NCBI GenBank assembly: GCA_963816355.1 | Contig: CAWFKH010000004.1 | Coordinates: 32,001 to 96,000, forward strand | DNA length: 64,000 bases | DNA from: an uncultured Gemmatimonadales bacterium | GTDB lineage: Bacteria > Gemmatimonadota > Gemmatimonadetes > Longimicrobiales > RSA9 | Direction of reading: 5' to 3' | Shown here: one piece after another, positions 9,274 to 18,114 of the stretch | How positions within the stretch are numbered: position 1 is the first letter of the stretch | How the letters are laid out: each line of letters starts with the position of its first letter | Translations under genes and position numbers: made by a program | The notes under the pieces: generated by a model | Database searches by the model: none | What the model was told of the DNA's origin: nothing | What the model saw: the letters and a program-made list of their open reading frames with translations, nothing else

Positions 9274-10216
9274 AGCGATCCAGCTCCTCGTTGAGCAGCC
9301 GCACGCGGTCGGCTGCGGTGCGCGCGACGGGGCGACGGATCAGGTCGTAGCGTGCGCGCGCGGGGTCGCGGTAGAAGACGCCGAGCCGGATGCGCTCGCT
9401 GTCGGCGGCGAGGCGGCGGGCGGACTCGATGTCGGAGGGGTCGTGGAAGAGCTGGTGCTCGTAGGTGCGGTCGAGCTCCGGCACGACGACGCCGTCGTCG
9501 TGGACGAGCAGCTCGACCAGCTCCGGCTTGCGCACGGCGAGCTGGAAGATCTCCGGCGTGTAGACGGGGCAGCGCTGGAGGATGCGGACGAAGGCGAAGC
9601 CCTCGTGCCGGTAGGCCGCGCGCAGCGTCGCGAAGAGGTGCGCCGGGATCCACTCGGCGGTCTGCGCGACGAAGGATACGTTGGTGATGCCGAGCGTCGC
9701 CTGGATCGGGTCGAGCGCGGGCAGGTAGCTGCCGCGCGGCTGCGTGTTGCTCGCGAAGCCCTGCGGCGTCGTCGGCGAGGTCTGCTTCTTCGTCAGGCCG
9801 TAGATATTGTTGTCGAGCAGCAGCGCGACGACGTCGATGTTGTAGCGCGTCGCGTGCAGCCAGTGGCCGGCGCCGATCGACGTGCAGTCGCCATCGCCCA
9901 TCACGACGAAGACGTCCAGCTCCGGCCGGTGCAGCTTGATGCCGGTCGCGACCGGGAGCGCACGGCCGTGCAGGCCGTGGAAGCCGTAGGTCTTGACGTA
10001 GTGCGGGAAGCGGCTGGAGCAGCCGATGCCGGAGACGAACACCGTCGTCTCGGGCGCGAGCTGCTCCGCGGCGAGCAGCTTCTCGACCGCCGTGAGCACC
10101 GAGTGGTCGCCGCAGCCGGGGCACCAGCGGGCGATCGCGCCCTCGTAGTCTCCCATCTCGAAGACGCGGTCGTCGTCGACCGCACACGCGAGCAGCGAGC
10201 AGGCGGGGTTCGTCAT
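9263..10216 (-). CDS. korB: 2-oxoacid (probably 2-oxoglutarate):ferredoxin oxidoreductase beta subunit
   Basis: WCPGCG, SGIGCSSR, HGLHGRALP, GDGDCTSIG, NNIYGLTKKQTSPT; ATG at 10216 overlaps the alpha-subunit stop. Confidence 0.92.
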   Translation of the reverse strand: MTNPACSLLACAVDDDRVFEMGDYEGAIARWCPGCGDHSVLTAVEKLLAAEQLAPETTVFVSGIGCSSRFPHYVKTYGFHGLHGRALPVATGIKLHRPELDVFVVMGDGDCTSIGAGHWLHATRYNIDVVALLLDNNIYGLTKKQTSPTTPQGFASNTQPRGSYLPALDPIQATLGITNVSFVAQTAEWIPAHLFATLRAAYRHEGFAFVRILQRCPVYTPEIFQLAVRKPELVELLVHDDGVVVPELDRTYEHQLFHDPSDIESARRLAADSERIRLGVFYRDPARARYDLIRRPVARTAADRVRLLNEELDRYAV

Positions 10217-12240
10217 GCGACATCCTCCTCCACGGCGGCCGCGAGCTTGGCGCGGATCGCCTTCAGGATCGCGCCGGGCCGCAGCGGCTCGCCGAGCACG
10301 CGCGTCCAGCAATCGACGTCGACGAGCGTCTGCGCGCGCAGCAGCCACGCGAGCTGCCCGCGACGGCGGTTCTCGTCCGTGATGAACGGATCGCCCGGCT
10401 CGTCGCTGTAGTTGATCTCGACGGTCATGACGCGGCGGAAGCGCGAGAAGAGGTCGCGCAGGCCGGGCTGCAGCGGCGACAGGAACGTGAGGTGCGTCGA
10501 GGAGACGGCGAGGCCCTCGTCGCGCGCGCGCTCGACCGCTTCCTCGATCGCGCCCTTCGTGCTGCCCCAGCCGACGACGAGGAGGTCGCCGGCGTCCGCG
10601 CCGTGGACCGCGGGCGGCTCCAGCATCTGCTGCAGCACCGCGATCTTGCGGCTGCGCATCGCGGAGCTGCGCTGGTGCGTGCGGGCGTCGTAGGCGACCT
10701 TGCTCGCCTCGTCGTGCGCCAGGCCGGTGGCGGTGAACATGCCGTTCGGCTGGCCGGGCAGGAAGCGGCGCGAGAGGCCGGTGCGAGGATCCCAGTCGTA
10801 GGGGCGCAGCCCCGCCGGGACCGGCGAGGTGTCCGGCGCGCCCGCCTGCCAGGCGAGCTCCGGCTCCGGCCTCGGGAACGGCTGCACGCCGGTCGCGAGG
10901 TTCGCGTCCGTCAGCACCATCACCACGGCGCGGAACGTCTCGGCGAGGCGCCGCGCGGTGACCATCGCGTGGAAGCATTCCTCGATCGTCGCCGGCGCCA
11001 TCACGATGTGCGGCGCGTCGCCCGGCTGTGCGAAGATCGCCGCCAGCAGGTCCGACTGCTCGACCTTCGTCGGCAAACCCGTGCTCGGGCCGCCGCGCTG
11101 CACGTCGATCAGCACGAGCGGCGTCTCCGTCATCACCGCCAGGCCGAGGAACTCCGTCTTCAGCGCGAGCCCGGGACCGGACGTGATCGTGAAGGCGACC
11201 TTGCCCGACCACGACGCGCCGATCGCGACGCCCGCCGCCGCGATCTCGTCCTCCGCCTGGTGCACGATGCCGCCGTAGCGCTCGAAGACGTCGCCGAGGT
11301 GGTGCGACACGGATGTCGCCGGCGTGATCGGGTACATTGCCGCGAGCTCCATCCCCGCCGCGATCGCACCGAGCGCCGTCGCCTGGTTGCCGTTCATCAC
11401 CACCATCGGCCGCGTCGAGGGCCGCGCCGGCACGTCGAAGCGGAAGTCGAGGTTCGCGGCCGCCCACGCGTGGCCGGCGTCGAGCAGCGCGACGTTGCGG
11501 TCGTAAACCTCCTGCGACTTCTTGCGGAACGTGTGCGCGATCTCCTCACGCACGCGCTCGAGGTCGCGGCCGTAGATCCAGCAGAGCACGCCGAGCGCGA
11601 ACATGTTCTTCCCCTTGCGGGGATTGTCGACCAGCTTCAGCGACTCCGCCTCGAGCGGCAGCGCGACGATGCGGTACGGCTTCCCGGAGAGCTCGCGCAT
11701 GCCGGCTTCCCACTCCTCGCGGATCGCCGGGTCCTCGCTGCGCGACGGCTGGTCGTCCACCAGGATGATCGCGTCGTCGGAGAGCGCGCCGAGGCGGTGG
11801 CGGCCCAGCACGGCCTGCTCGTTGAAGGCGATCACCAGGTCCGTCTCGTCACCCCAGTTCGTCACCGCACCCGAGCCGATGCGGATCCGGTTGCCGCTCG
11901 CGCCCGCCGGGTTGCGCGGCGGCGGCTGGATCTCCGCCGGGATGATCTCCACCGTCCACACGCCGTTGCCCATCTTCGCCGACACCGTGGCGAAGATCTG
12001 GCCGCACTTCTGCGCGCCCTCGCCCGAGTCCGAAACGATCTCGACAATGTGCCGGGAGAGGGTCAGCGGGGCGGGGCCGGCAACGGCCGCGGCGGCCGCG
12101 TCGGCGGTGGCCGCCTCGGCGGTGGCCGCGTCGGCGGCGGCCGCGTCGGCGGTAGCCGCCTCGGCGGGCCCGCCTGAGGTGTCCTGCGTATCCGTGTCGG
12201 ATGGTGCACCGGCGTGCACCGACGTCTTCGTCGCCATCAT
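10213..12240 (-). CDS. korA: 2-oxoacid (probably 2-oxoglutarate):ferredoxin oxidoreductase alpha subunit (gamma+alpha fusion)
   Basis: SDSGEG, MNGNQA, YPITPATS, QAEDEIAA, TSGPGLALK, DVQRGGPSTGLPTK; start at ATG 12240 or 12237 after AGGGG. Confidence 0.92.
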   Translation of the reverse strand: MMATKTSVHAGAPSDTDTQDTSGGPAEAATADAAAADAATAEAATADAAAAAVAGPAPLTLSRHIVEIVSDSGEGAQKCGQIFATVSAKMGNGVWTVEIIPAEIQPPPRNPAGASGNRIRIGSGAVTNWGDETDLVIAFNEQAVLGRHRLGALSDDAIILVDDQPSRSEDPAIREEWEAGMRELSGKPYRIVALPLEAESLKLVDNPRKGKNMFALGVLCWIYGRDLERVREEIAHTFRKKSQEVYDRNVALLDAGHAWAAANLDFRFDVPARPSTRPMVVMNGNQATALGAIAAGMELAAMYPITPATSVSHHLGDVFERYGGIVHQAEDEIAAAGVAIGASWSGKVAFTITSGPGLALKTEFLGLAVMTETPLVLIDVQRGGPSTGLPTKVEQSDLLAAIFAQPGDAPHIVMAPATIEECFHAMVTARRLAETFRAVVMVLTDANLATGVQPFPRPEPELAWQAGAPDTSPVPAGLRPYDWDPRTGLSRRFLPGQPNGMFTATGLAHDEASKVAYDARTHQRSSAMRSRKIAVLQQMLEPPAVHGADAGDLLVVGWGSTKGAIEEAVERARDEGLAVSSTHLTFLSPLQPGLRDLFSRFRRVMTVEINYSDEPGDPFITDENRRRGQLAWLLRAQTLVDVDCWTRVLGEPLRPGAILKAIRAKLAAAVEEDVA

Positions 12241-12452
12241 CGCCCCTGTGGCTGGCCGCGGTCTCGCCGCGCGCGACGGGCGCACGCGGGACGCAGGAAC
12301 GGCGGCCTGGACTCGATTATCCGGGGTTCGAACTGCCGTCCGAATTGCTGGCGAGCCTATCTTACCTGGAGGGGGGGAATAGGGGCGTCGGGAGTAGGTG
12401 GAAATCCCGTCGGGAAAGGCGGGGAGGGGGGGTGGAGAAAAGCCTTACAAGG

Positions 12453-12548
12453 GCGGGATTGGACTGCGGGATTGGACTGCGGGATTGGACTGCGGGATTG
12501 GACTGCGGGATTCAACTGCGGGATTGGACTGCGGGATTGGACTGCGGG
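12453..12548. repeat. Tandem array of the 13-bp unit GCGGGATTGGACT (7 units plus a partial; unit 5 is GCGGGATTCAACT)
   Basis: Read directly; period 13, no spacers; lies between the DUF3037 stop and the korA leader. Confidence 0.97.
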
Positions 12549-12551
12549 GGG

Positions 12552-12965
12552 TCAGGGGTGGATGGTGGATTCGTAGATGCGGGTGAGCTCGGCGGGGGGG
12601 GCGGCGGTGAGGCCGGAGTGGACGGGGGAGGGTTGGATCACGTCGGAGCGGGGGGCGGTGATCCAGCGGAATCGCTCGGGGGCGGAGAGGAGCGCGATCG
12701 GGCCGGCGGCGGCGTCGCCGGCGGCGATGGCGACGCACGAATCGAGGTAGCGGGCGAGGAGCTCGATGTCGGCGTCGGGCGCCATCCGACGCAGCACGGC
12801 GGGGTCGGAGACGACGCGGATGCCCAGGTACTCGGCGGGTCGGGAGTGCACCACGACGCCCACGTCCACGCCCTCGCCGGTGTACGGGTGCGCGACCACG
12901 CGGAGCAGCGCGTAGCTGTACTGCACGCGGGCGGCGCGCGCGGCGGCGTCCGCCTCGGCGCTCAC
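12552..12965 (-). CDS. DUF3037 domain protein
   Basis: YSYALLRVV...GEGVDVGVVV...ERFRWITAPRSDVIQPSPVHSGL resembles DUF3037; GTG at 12965 overlaps the kinase stop. Confidence 0.85.
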   Translation of the reverse strand: MSAEADAAARAARVQYSYALLRVVAHPYTGEGVDVGVVVHSRPAEYLGIRVVSDPAVLRRMAPDADIELLARYLDSCVAIAAGDAAAGPIALLSAPERFRWITAPRSDVIQPSPVHSGLTAAPPAELTRIYESTIHP

Positions 12966-13876
12966 CGGCGCACTCCCAGCCGCTGCGGCACTTCGACGCG
13001 CTTGCGGCGCCGCGCGGCCTCGGCGGCGGCCACCCACGCGCGCGGGCTCTTCAGGCGCGCGGCGAACCAGCGCCGGTAGCGCTCGCGCACGGCGTCGACC
13101 GTGGCGGCGCCGCCCCGCGCGAGCGGATCCAAGAGCAGCGCGTCCGGCACCGCCTCGAGCGCGGCGTCGATCCGCTCCTCCGTCAGCGCCGCCGCGAGCG
13201 CGGCGTCGGCCTGCTCCAGGTCGCCGGCGAGCGGGAGCAGCACGTGCTGCTCGATCAGCGCGAAAGGGGCCGCGGCCTTCGCGTCGTCGCCCGGACCGCC
13301 CACGCCGCCCGGACGGCTCGCGCCGGCCGGGTCGCCCGGACCGCCCATACCCCCGGCGCCACCGTCCGCGGCCGCCCAGGCGTGGTGGAAATAGATCGCG
13401 GAGCCGTGGTCGATCAGCCAGGGGCGCCGCTCCCACACCATCAGGTTCGGGTTGCGCGCGGTGCGGTCCGGGTTCGTGACGAAGGCGTCGAACCAGACGA
13501 GGCGTGCCGCGAAATCGGCGTCGAGCAGGTCGCCGGCGGCGCGCGCGTCGTAGTTGAACGCGCCGTCGAGATAGCGCAGGCCGACGTTGACGCCGACGCT
13601 CCGCTCGAGGAGCTCGCGGATCTCCGGGTCCGGCTCGCCGGCGCCGAAGCCCTCCGGCACCTCCACGATCGCCAGCTCGGGAACGGGCAGCCCGGCCTCC
13701 CGGGCGAGCAGCCCCACCAGGAGCTCGGCGATGAGCGCGCGCGGACCCTGCCCCGCGCCGCGGAACTTCACGACGAAGAGGCCGCGCTCCTCGACATCGA
13801 CGACCGCGGGCAGGGAGCCGCCCTCGCGCAGCGGCTGGACGTAGCGCGTCGCGAGGTGCGGGGGTAGCGAAAGCAT
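12962..13876 (-). CDS. HipA-like Ser/Thr kinase (HipA_2 type)
   Basis: RYVQPLREGGSLP, VVKFRGAGQG, NPDRTARNPN, WLIDHG motifs; ATG at 13876. Confidence 0.88.
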   Translation of the reverse strand: MLSLPPHLATRYVQPLREGGSLPAVVDVEERGLFVVKFRGAGQGPRALIAELLVGLLAREAGLPVPELAIVEVPEGFGAGEPDPEIRELLERSVGVNVGLRYLDGAFNYDARAAGDLLDADFAARLVWFDAFVTNPDRTARNPNLMVWERRPWLIDHGSAIYFHHAWAAADGGAGGMGGPGDPAGASRPGGVGGPGDDAKAAAPFALIEQHVLLPLAGDLEQADAALAAALTEERIDAALEAVPDALLLDPLARGGAATVDAVRERYRRWFAARLKSPRAWVAAAEAARRRKRVEVPQRLGVRR

Positions 13877-13993
13877 GACGCACAAGGTACGGGGCGGCGG
13901 CGCCCGGCGGGAGGAGGGCGCGCTTCGCGCGACTGAAGCGTGGCTTTCACGCAACGCGACCTCCGCGGTCCGCGGGCGCGGGCCCTCGCCGCC

Positions 13994-16402
13994 CTACTCG
14001 TTGCGCAGCGGCATGGCCGGATCGGCGCGCGCGGCGCGGGCGGCGGGGACGGCGGCGGCGGCGAGGGCGGCGAGGGCGAGGATCGCGGCGGAGGCGAGGT
14101 AGGTGGGCGCGTCGCGCGGTGACACGCCGAAAATCATGCCGGCGAGGAGGCGCTCGGCGAGGAGGGCGCCGGCGAGGCCGAGCAGGGCGCCGACGGCGAC
14201 GAGTCCGGCGGAGTCGCGGAGCACATGCGCGACAATGCGGCGGGGCGTCGCGCCGAGGGCGAGGCGGACGCCGAACTCGCCCTTGCGCATCTCGACGCCG
14301 TAGGCGACGAGGCCGTAGACGCCGACGACGCCGAGGACGGCGGCGAGGATGGCGAAGAGGGAGACGAGCGCGAGCGAGAAGCGGGGGCCGACGAGCGCGG
14401 CGTCGACGTGGTCGCTCATGGTGGAAACGGAGGAGGGATCGAGGTTCGCGTCGATCGCCTTCACGGCGGCGACGGCGGGTCGCGCGAGCGCGGCCGGGTC
14501 GCCGCGGGTGCGGAGCACGAAGTAGGTGGCCCAGCGGGTCTGCTGCCGGTTGCTGAAATAGATCTCCGGCTCCGGCGGCGTGCCGGGGTGGAAGGGCGGC
14601 ACGTTCTCGACGACGCCGACGATGCTCACCGTCTTCTCGAGGCGCGGCAGCGTGATGCGGGCGCCGATAGGGGAGCCGTCGGGCCACGTGCGCTCGGCGA
14701 AGGCGCGGTTGACGACGGCGACGGCGGGCGCGCCGGCATCGTCGGCTTCGGTGAAGAAGCGGCCGCGCAGCAGGCGCTGGCCGAGCGCGGAGAAGTAGTC
14801 GGGTCCGGCGTCGTACCAGGCGACGGACTCGGCGCGCTCGAGGGCGCCGGGGCGGCCTTCGACGAGGAACGGCGTGGCGCCGTCGCCGCCGCCGAAGAGG
14901 GGCCCCGCCGAGACGGTGCCGACGCCGCGCACGCCGGGCAGCGTGCGCAGGCTCGCTTCGATGCGGCGGTAGGCGGCCAGCGCGTCGTCGCTCTTCGGAT
15001 AGGTGGCGGTCGAGAGCGGCAGCCAGAAGGTGAGCACGTGCTCCGTGTCGAAGCCGGGACGCCACCGCACGAGAGAGGCGAAGCTGCGCAGCAGCAGGCC
15101 GGCGCCGGTGACGAGGACGAGCGCGAGCGCGAGCTGCGCGATCACCAGCCGGCGGCGCGTGCGGCCCACCGCGAGGTCACCGCCCACGCCGCGGCCGGAG
15201 CGGAAGATGCGCCGCAGGTCCGGCTTGCGCAGGCGGAGCGCGGGGGCGAGGCCGAAGACGACGCCGCTGCCGAGCGCGACCGCCGCCGCGAACAGGAGCG
15301 CGCGGCCGTCGACGCCCACTTCGTCCAGGCGCGGGATGCCCGACGGCGCGAGCGCGATGAAGAGGTGCACCGCCCACACCGCGACGAAGACGCCGCCGAG
15401 CCCGCCGAGCACCGCGACGAGGACGCTCTCCGTGAGCAGCTTCTCGACCATCTGCACGCCGCCGGCGCCGAGCGCGCGGCGCACGAGCATCTCGCGCTCG
15501 CGCGCGGCGCCACGCACGAGGAAGAGGCCGGCCATGTTCGCCACGACGAGCAGGAGCACGAGCACGACGGCGGCGAGGAAGACGAGCAGCAGGGGCCGCG
15601 CGCCCGCCACGAGGAAATCGCGCATGCGGAGGACGTCGACGCCCCAGCCGCGGAGCGCGTCCGGATGCGTCGCGGCCATCTCCGTCTCCGCCGTGCGCAG
15701 CCGCGCCGCCGCCTCGCCCGGGCTCACGCCGGGGGCCAGGCGCCCGATCCCCACGAAGCCGCGCCAGTCGCGGTTCTCCTCCAGCGTCGGATCCCACGGC
15801 AGCGGCAGCCAGACGCGCGCGTATTCGAGCCGCGGCACGACCGCCTCCGGCGGCAGCACGCCGATCACCGTGTAGCGCTTGCCGTCCAACTCGAGCGCGT
15901 GGCCGAGCACATCCGGGTCGCCGCCCAGCTCGTCGCGCCAGAAGCCGTCGCTCACCACGACGACGTCGCCCGCGCCCACCGGCGGCCCGTCCTGCGCCGT
16001 GAAGAGCCGGCCCCGCGCCGGCGCGATGCCCAGCGTCGGCAGGAAGCCGGCGGTGGCGATGCCCGCGTCGATGCTGCGCGCACGATCGTCGGTGCGCAGC
16101 GAGAAGGACTCCGTGCGCGCGGCGCCGAGCGAGGTGAAGCCGCGCACGCTGCGCGACCAGTCGAGTAGGTTCGGGGTCGAGACGACGCAGGCGTGCAGCG
16201 CCGGATTGCGCTCGCAGATCGTGACGATCCGCTCCGAATCCGGCAGCTTCAGCGGGCGCAGAAGGATGTGATCGACGACGCTGTAGATCGCGACGCTCGA
16301 TCCGATGCCGAGCGAGAGGACGAGCAGTGCGGACAACGTGAAGGCAGGCGTGCGCGCCAGAGAGCGAAGCGCGTGTCGCAGGTCCCGCTTCAGACCGTAC
16401 AT
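13994..16402 (-). CDS. ABC transporter permease, duplicated MacB_PCD/FtsX (ADOP-type orphan permease)
   Basis: DLRHALRSLARTPAFT start, two RxALGA motifs, ends RAARADPAMPLRNE; 802 aa. Confidence 0.9.
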   Translation of the reverse strand: MYGLKRDLRHALRSLARTPAFTLSALLVLSLGIGSSVAIYSVVDHILLRPLKLPDSERIVTICERNPALHACVVSTPNLLDWSRSVRGFTSLGAARTESFSLRTDDRARSIDAGIATAGFLPTLGIAPARGRLFTAQDGPPVGAGDVVVVSDGFWRDELGGDPDVLGHALELDGKRYTVIGVLPPEAVVPRLEYARVWLPLPWDPTLEENRDWRGFVGIGRLAPGVSPGEAAARLRTAETEMAATHPDALRGWGVDVLRMRDFLVAGARPLLLVFLAAVVLVLLLVVANMAGLFLVRGAAREREMLVRRALGAGGVQMVEKLLTESVLVAVLGGLGGVFVAVWAVHLFIALAPSGIPRLDEVGVDGRALLFAAAVALGSGVVFGLAPALRLRKPDLRRIFRSGRGVGGDLAVGRTRRRLVIAQLALALVLVTGAGLLLRSFASLVRWRPGFDTEHVLTFWLPLSTATYPKSDDALAAYRRIEASLRTLPGVRGVGTVSAGPLFGGGDGATPFLVEGRPGALERAESVAWYDAGPDYFSALGQRLLRGRFFTEADDAGAPAVAVVNRAFAERTWPDGSPIGARITLPRLEKTVSIVGVVENVPPFHPGTPPEPEIYFSNRQQTRWATYFVLRTRGDPAALARPAVAAVKAIDANLDPSSVSTMSDHVDAALVGPRFSLALVSLFAILAAVLGVVGVYGLVAYGVEMRKGEFGVRLALGATPRRIVAHVLRDSAGLVAVGALLGLAGALLAERLLAGMIFGVSPRDAPTYLASAAILALAALAAAAVPAARAARADPAMPLRNE

Positions 16403-16511
16403 GTCGTGGCTCCGAACGTATCGACTGCTGGCACCCCTAAGGTAATGGAAGCCGCGTGCCGGCGCTGCATTCGTGTCGCAGAGGGTCGCCCACGCGGGAC
16501 GGAGGCCGTGA

Positions 16512-16584
16512 AGCTGGCGCGGGGATTCGAACCCCGGACCTGCCGCTTACAAGGCGGCTGCTCTACCAGCTGAGCTACGCCAGC
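16512..16584 (-). tRNA. tRNA-Thr(TGT), CCA not encoded
   Basis: GCTGGCGTAGCTCAGCTGGTAGAGCAGCCGCCTTGTAAGCGGCAGGTCCGGGGTTCGAATCCCCGCGCCAGCT forms a full cloverleaf with anticodon loop CTTGTAA; followed by TCA. Confidence 0.97.
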
Positions 16585-16613
16585 AACGGAAAATTCCTGC
16601 CTCCGGCCCCGCC

Positions 16614-18101
16614 CTACTCCTTCTTCCAGCGCGGTCCCTGGGGCGTGTCCTCGACCACGACGCCGGCGGCCGCGAGCTCGTCGCGGATCGCGTCGGCGGT
16701 GGCGAAATCGCGCGAGCGGCGGGCGTGCTGGCGGTGCTCAATCCGCTCCTCGACCCACGCCGCGAAGTCGTCGTCGACCTCGTCGTCCGCGTCCGGCAGA
16801 CGGAGCACGCCGAGCACCGCGTCGATGCGCGACAGCGCGTCGCTCGCGCTCGCGCGGCCGGCGGCCGTGTCCTCGCCGCGGTCGAGGATGCCGTTCCCCT
16901 CGCGGACGAAGGTGAAGACGGCGCCGAGCGCCTCGGGCACGTTGAGGTCGTCGTCGAGGGCGGCCTCGAAGCCGGCGAGGGCGCGCGCGGCCGCCTCGCC
17001 GAGGGGGCCGGCGTCGCCGACGTCGGCACGGGTGCGCGCATCGCGGCCCGCGGCCCGGCCGGCCTCGCCCTGCGCGGCGGTCCCGAGGCGGGCGGCGAAG
17101 TCGCGCAGGCGACGGATGGCGGCGCGCGCGTCGTCGAGGCTCTCGAAGGTGAAGTTGAGCTCGCTGCGATAGTGGGCGGAGAGCAGGACGTAGCGGACGG
17201 GGGCGGGGCCGTAGCCGCGCTCGCGGAGGTCGGCGAGGGAGAAGACGTTGCCTTTCGACTTGGACATCTTCGCGCCGTCGACCTTGAGGTGCTTGACGTG
17301 GAGCCAGTAGCGGACGAACGGCTTGCCGGTGGCGGCCTCGGACTGGGCGATCTCGTCCTCGTGATGCGGGAAGATCAGGTCCTCGCCGCCGGTGTGGATG
17401 TCGAACGACTCGCCGAGGGCGGCCATGCTCATGGCGGAGCACTCGATGTGCCAGCCGGGGCGGCCGTCGCCCCACGGCGTGGGCCACACGGCGCCCACCT
17501 CGCGGTCGGCGTCGCGCGCAGCCTTCCATAGCACGAAGTCGCGCGCGTCCGCTTTGTCGTATTCGTCGGCGCTGACGCGACGGCGCGCGTCGAGGCCGGC
17601 GCCCGCGCGCGTCGCCTCGAGGTCGACGCGGGAGAGCCGGCCGTACTCCGGGAACGAGGAGATGTCGAAGTAGACGGAGCCGTCGTCGGTGCGGTAGGCG
17701 TGGCCGCCCTCGACGAGGCGCGCGACGAGGTCGACCATCTCGCCGATGTGCTCGGTGGCGCGGGGGAAGGCGACGCCGCCGGAGAGGCCGAGCGCCTCGA
17801 GGTCCGCGTGGAAGCCGGCGATGATCGGCGCGGTGTAGTCGGGCAGCGAGACGCCGTCGCGGAGCGCGCCCTCGATCGTCTTGTCGTCTACGTCGGTCAG
17901 GTTCATCACGAAGCGGACGTCGTACCCCTTCCAGGCAAGGTAGCGGCGCAGCAGGTCGTTGAAGAGGAAGGTGCGGTAGTTCCCGATGTGCGGGAGCTGG
18001 TAGACCGTGGGACCGCACGCGTAGACGCGGGCGGTGCCCGGCTCGCCGGGCGTGAACGGCTCCAGCGCGCGCGTGAGCGTGTTGTGGAATCGCAGACTCA
18101 T
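16614..18101 (-). CDS. cysS: Cysteine--tRNA ligase
   Basis: YACGPTVY, HIGN, GRPGWHIECSAM, DLIFPHHEDE, KMSKS; ATG at 18101. Confidence 0.97.
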   Translation of the reverse strand: MSLRFHNTLTRALEPFTPGEPGTARVYACGPTVYQLPHIGNYRTFLFNDLLRRYLAWKGYDVRFVMNLTDVDDKTIEGALRDGVSLPDYTAPIIAGFHADLEALGLSGGVAFPRATEHIGEMVDLVARLVEGGHAYRTDDGSVYFDISSFPEYGRLSRVDLEATRAGAGLDARRRVSADEYDKADARDFVLWKAARDADREVGAVWPTPWGDGRPGWHIECSAMSMAALGESFDIHTGGEDLIFPHHEDEIAQSEAATGKPFVRYWLHVKHLKVDGAKMSKSKGNVFSLADLRERGYGPAPVRYVLLSAHYRSELNFTFESLDDARAAIRRLRDFAARLGTAAQGEAGRAAGRDARTRADVGDAGPLGEAAARALAGFEAALDDDLNVPEALGAVFTFVREGNGILDRGEDTAAGRASASDALSRIDAVLGVLRLPDADDEVDDDFAAWVEERIEHRQHARRSRDFATADAIRDELAAAGVVVEDTPQGPRWKKE

Positions 18102-18114
18102 CGGCAGGCCGGTC

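Noticed and set aside
12320..12332. TCCGGGGTTCGAA matching the tRNA-Thr T-arm as an att site or tRNA remnant
   Set aside because: Only 13 nt and in inverted orientation relative to the tRNA, not a direct repeat of its 3' end; no integrase and no cloverleaf.
12453..12548. 13-bp arrays as CRISPR
   Set aside because: Units are contiguous with no spacers, too short for CRISPR repeats, and no cas genes are visible.
13994..16402. ABC permease lacking an adjacent ATPase
   Set aside because: Orphan duplicated permeases of this type are a known expanded family; not unusual.
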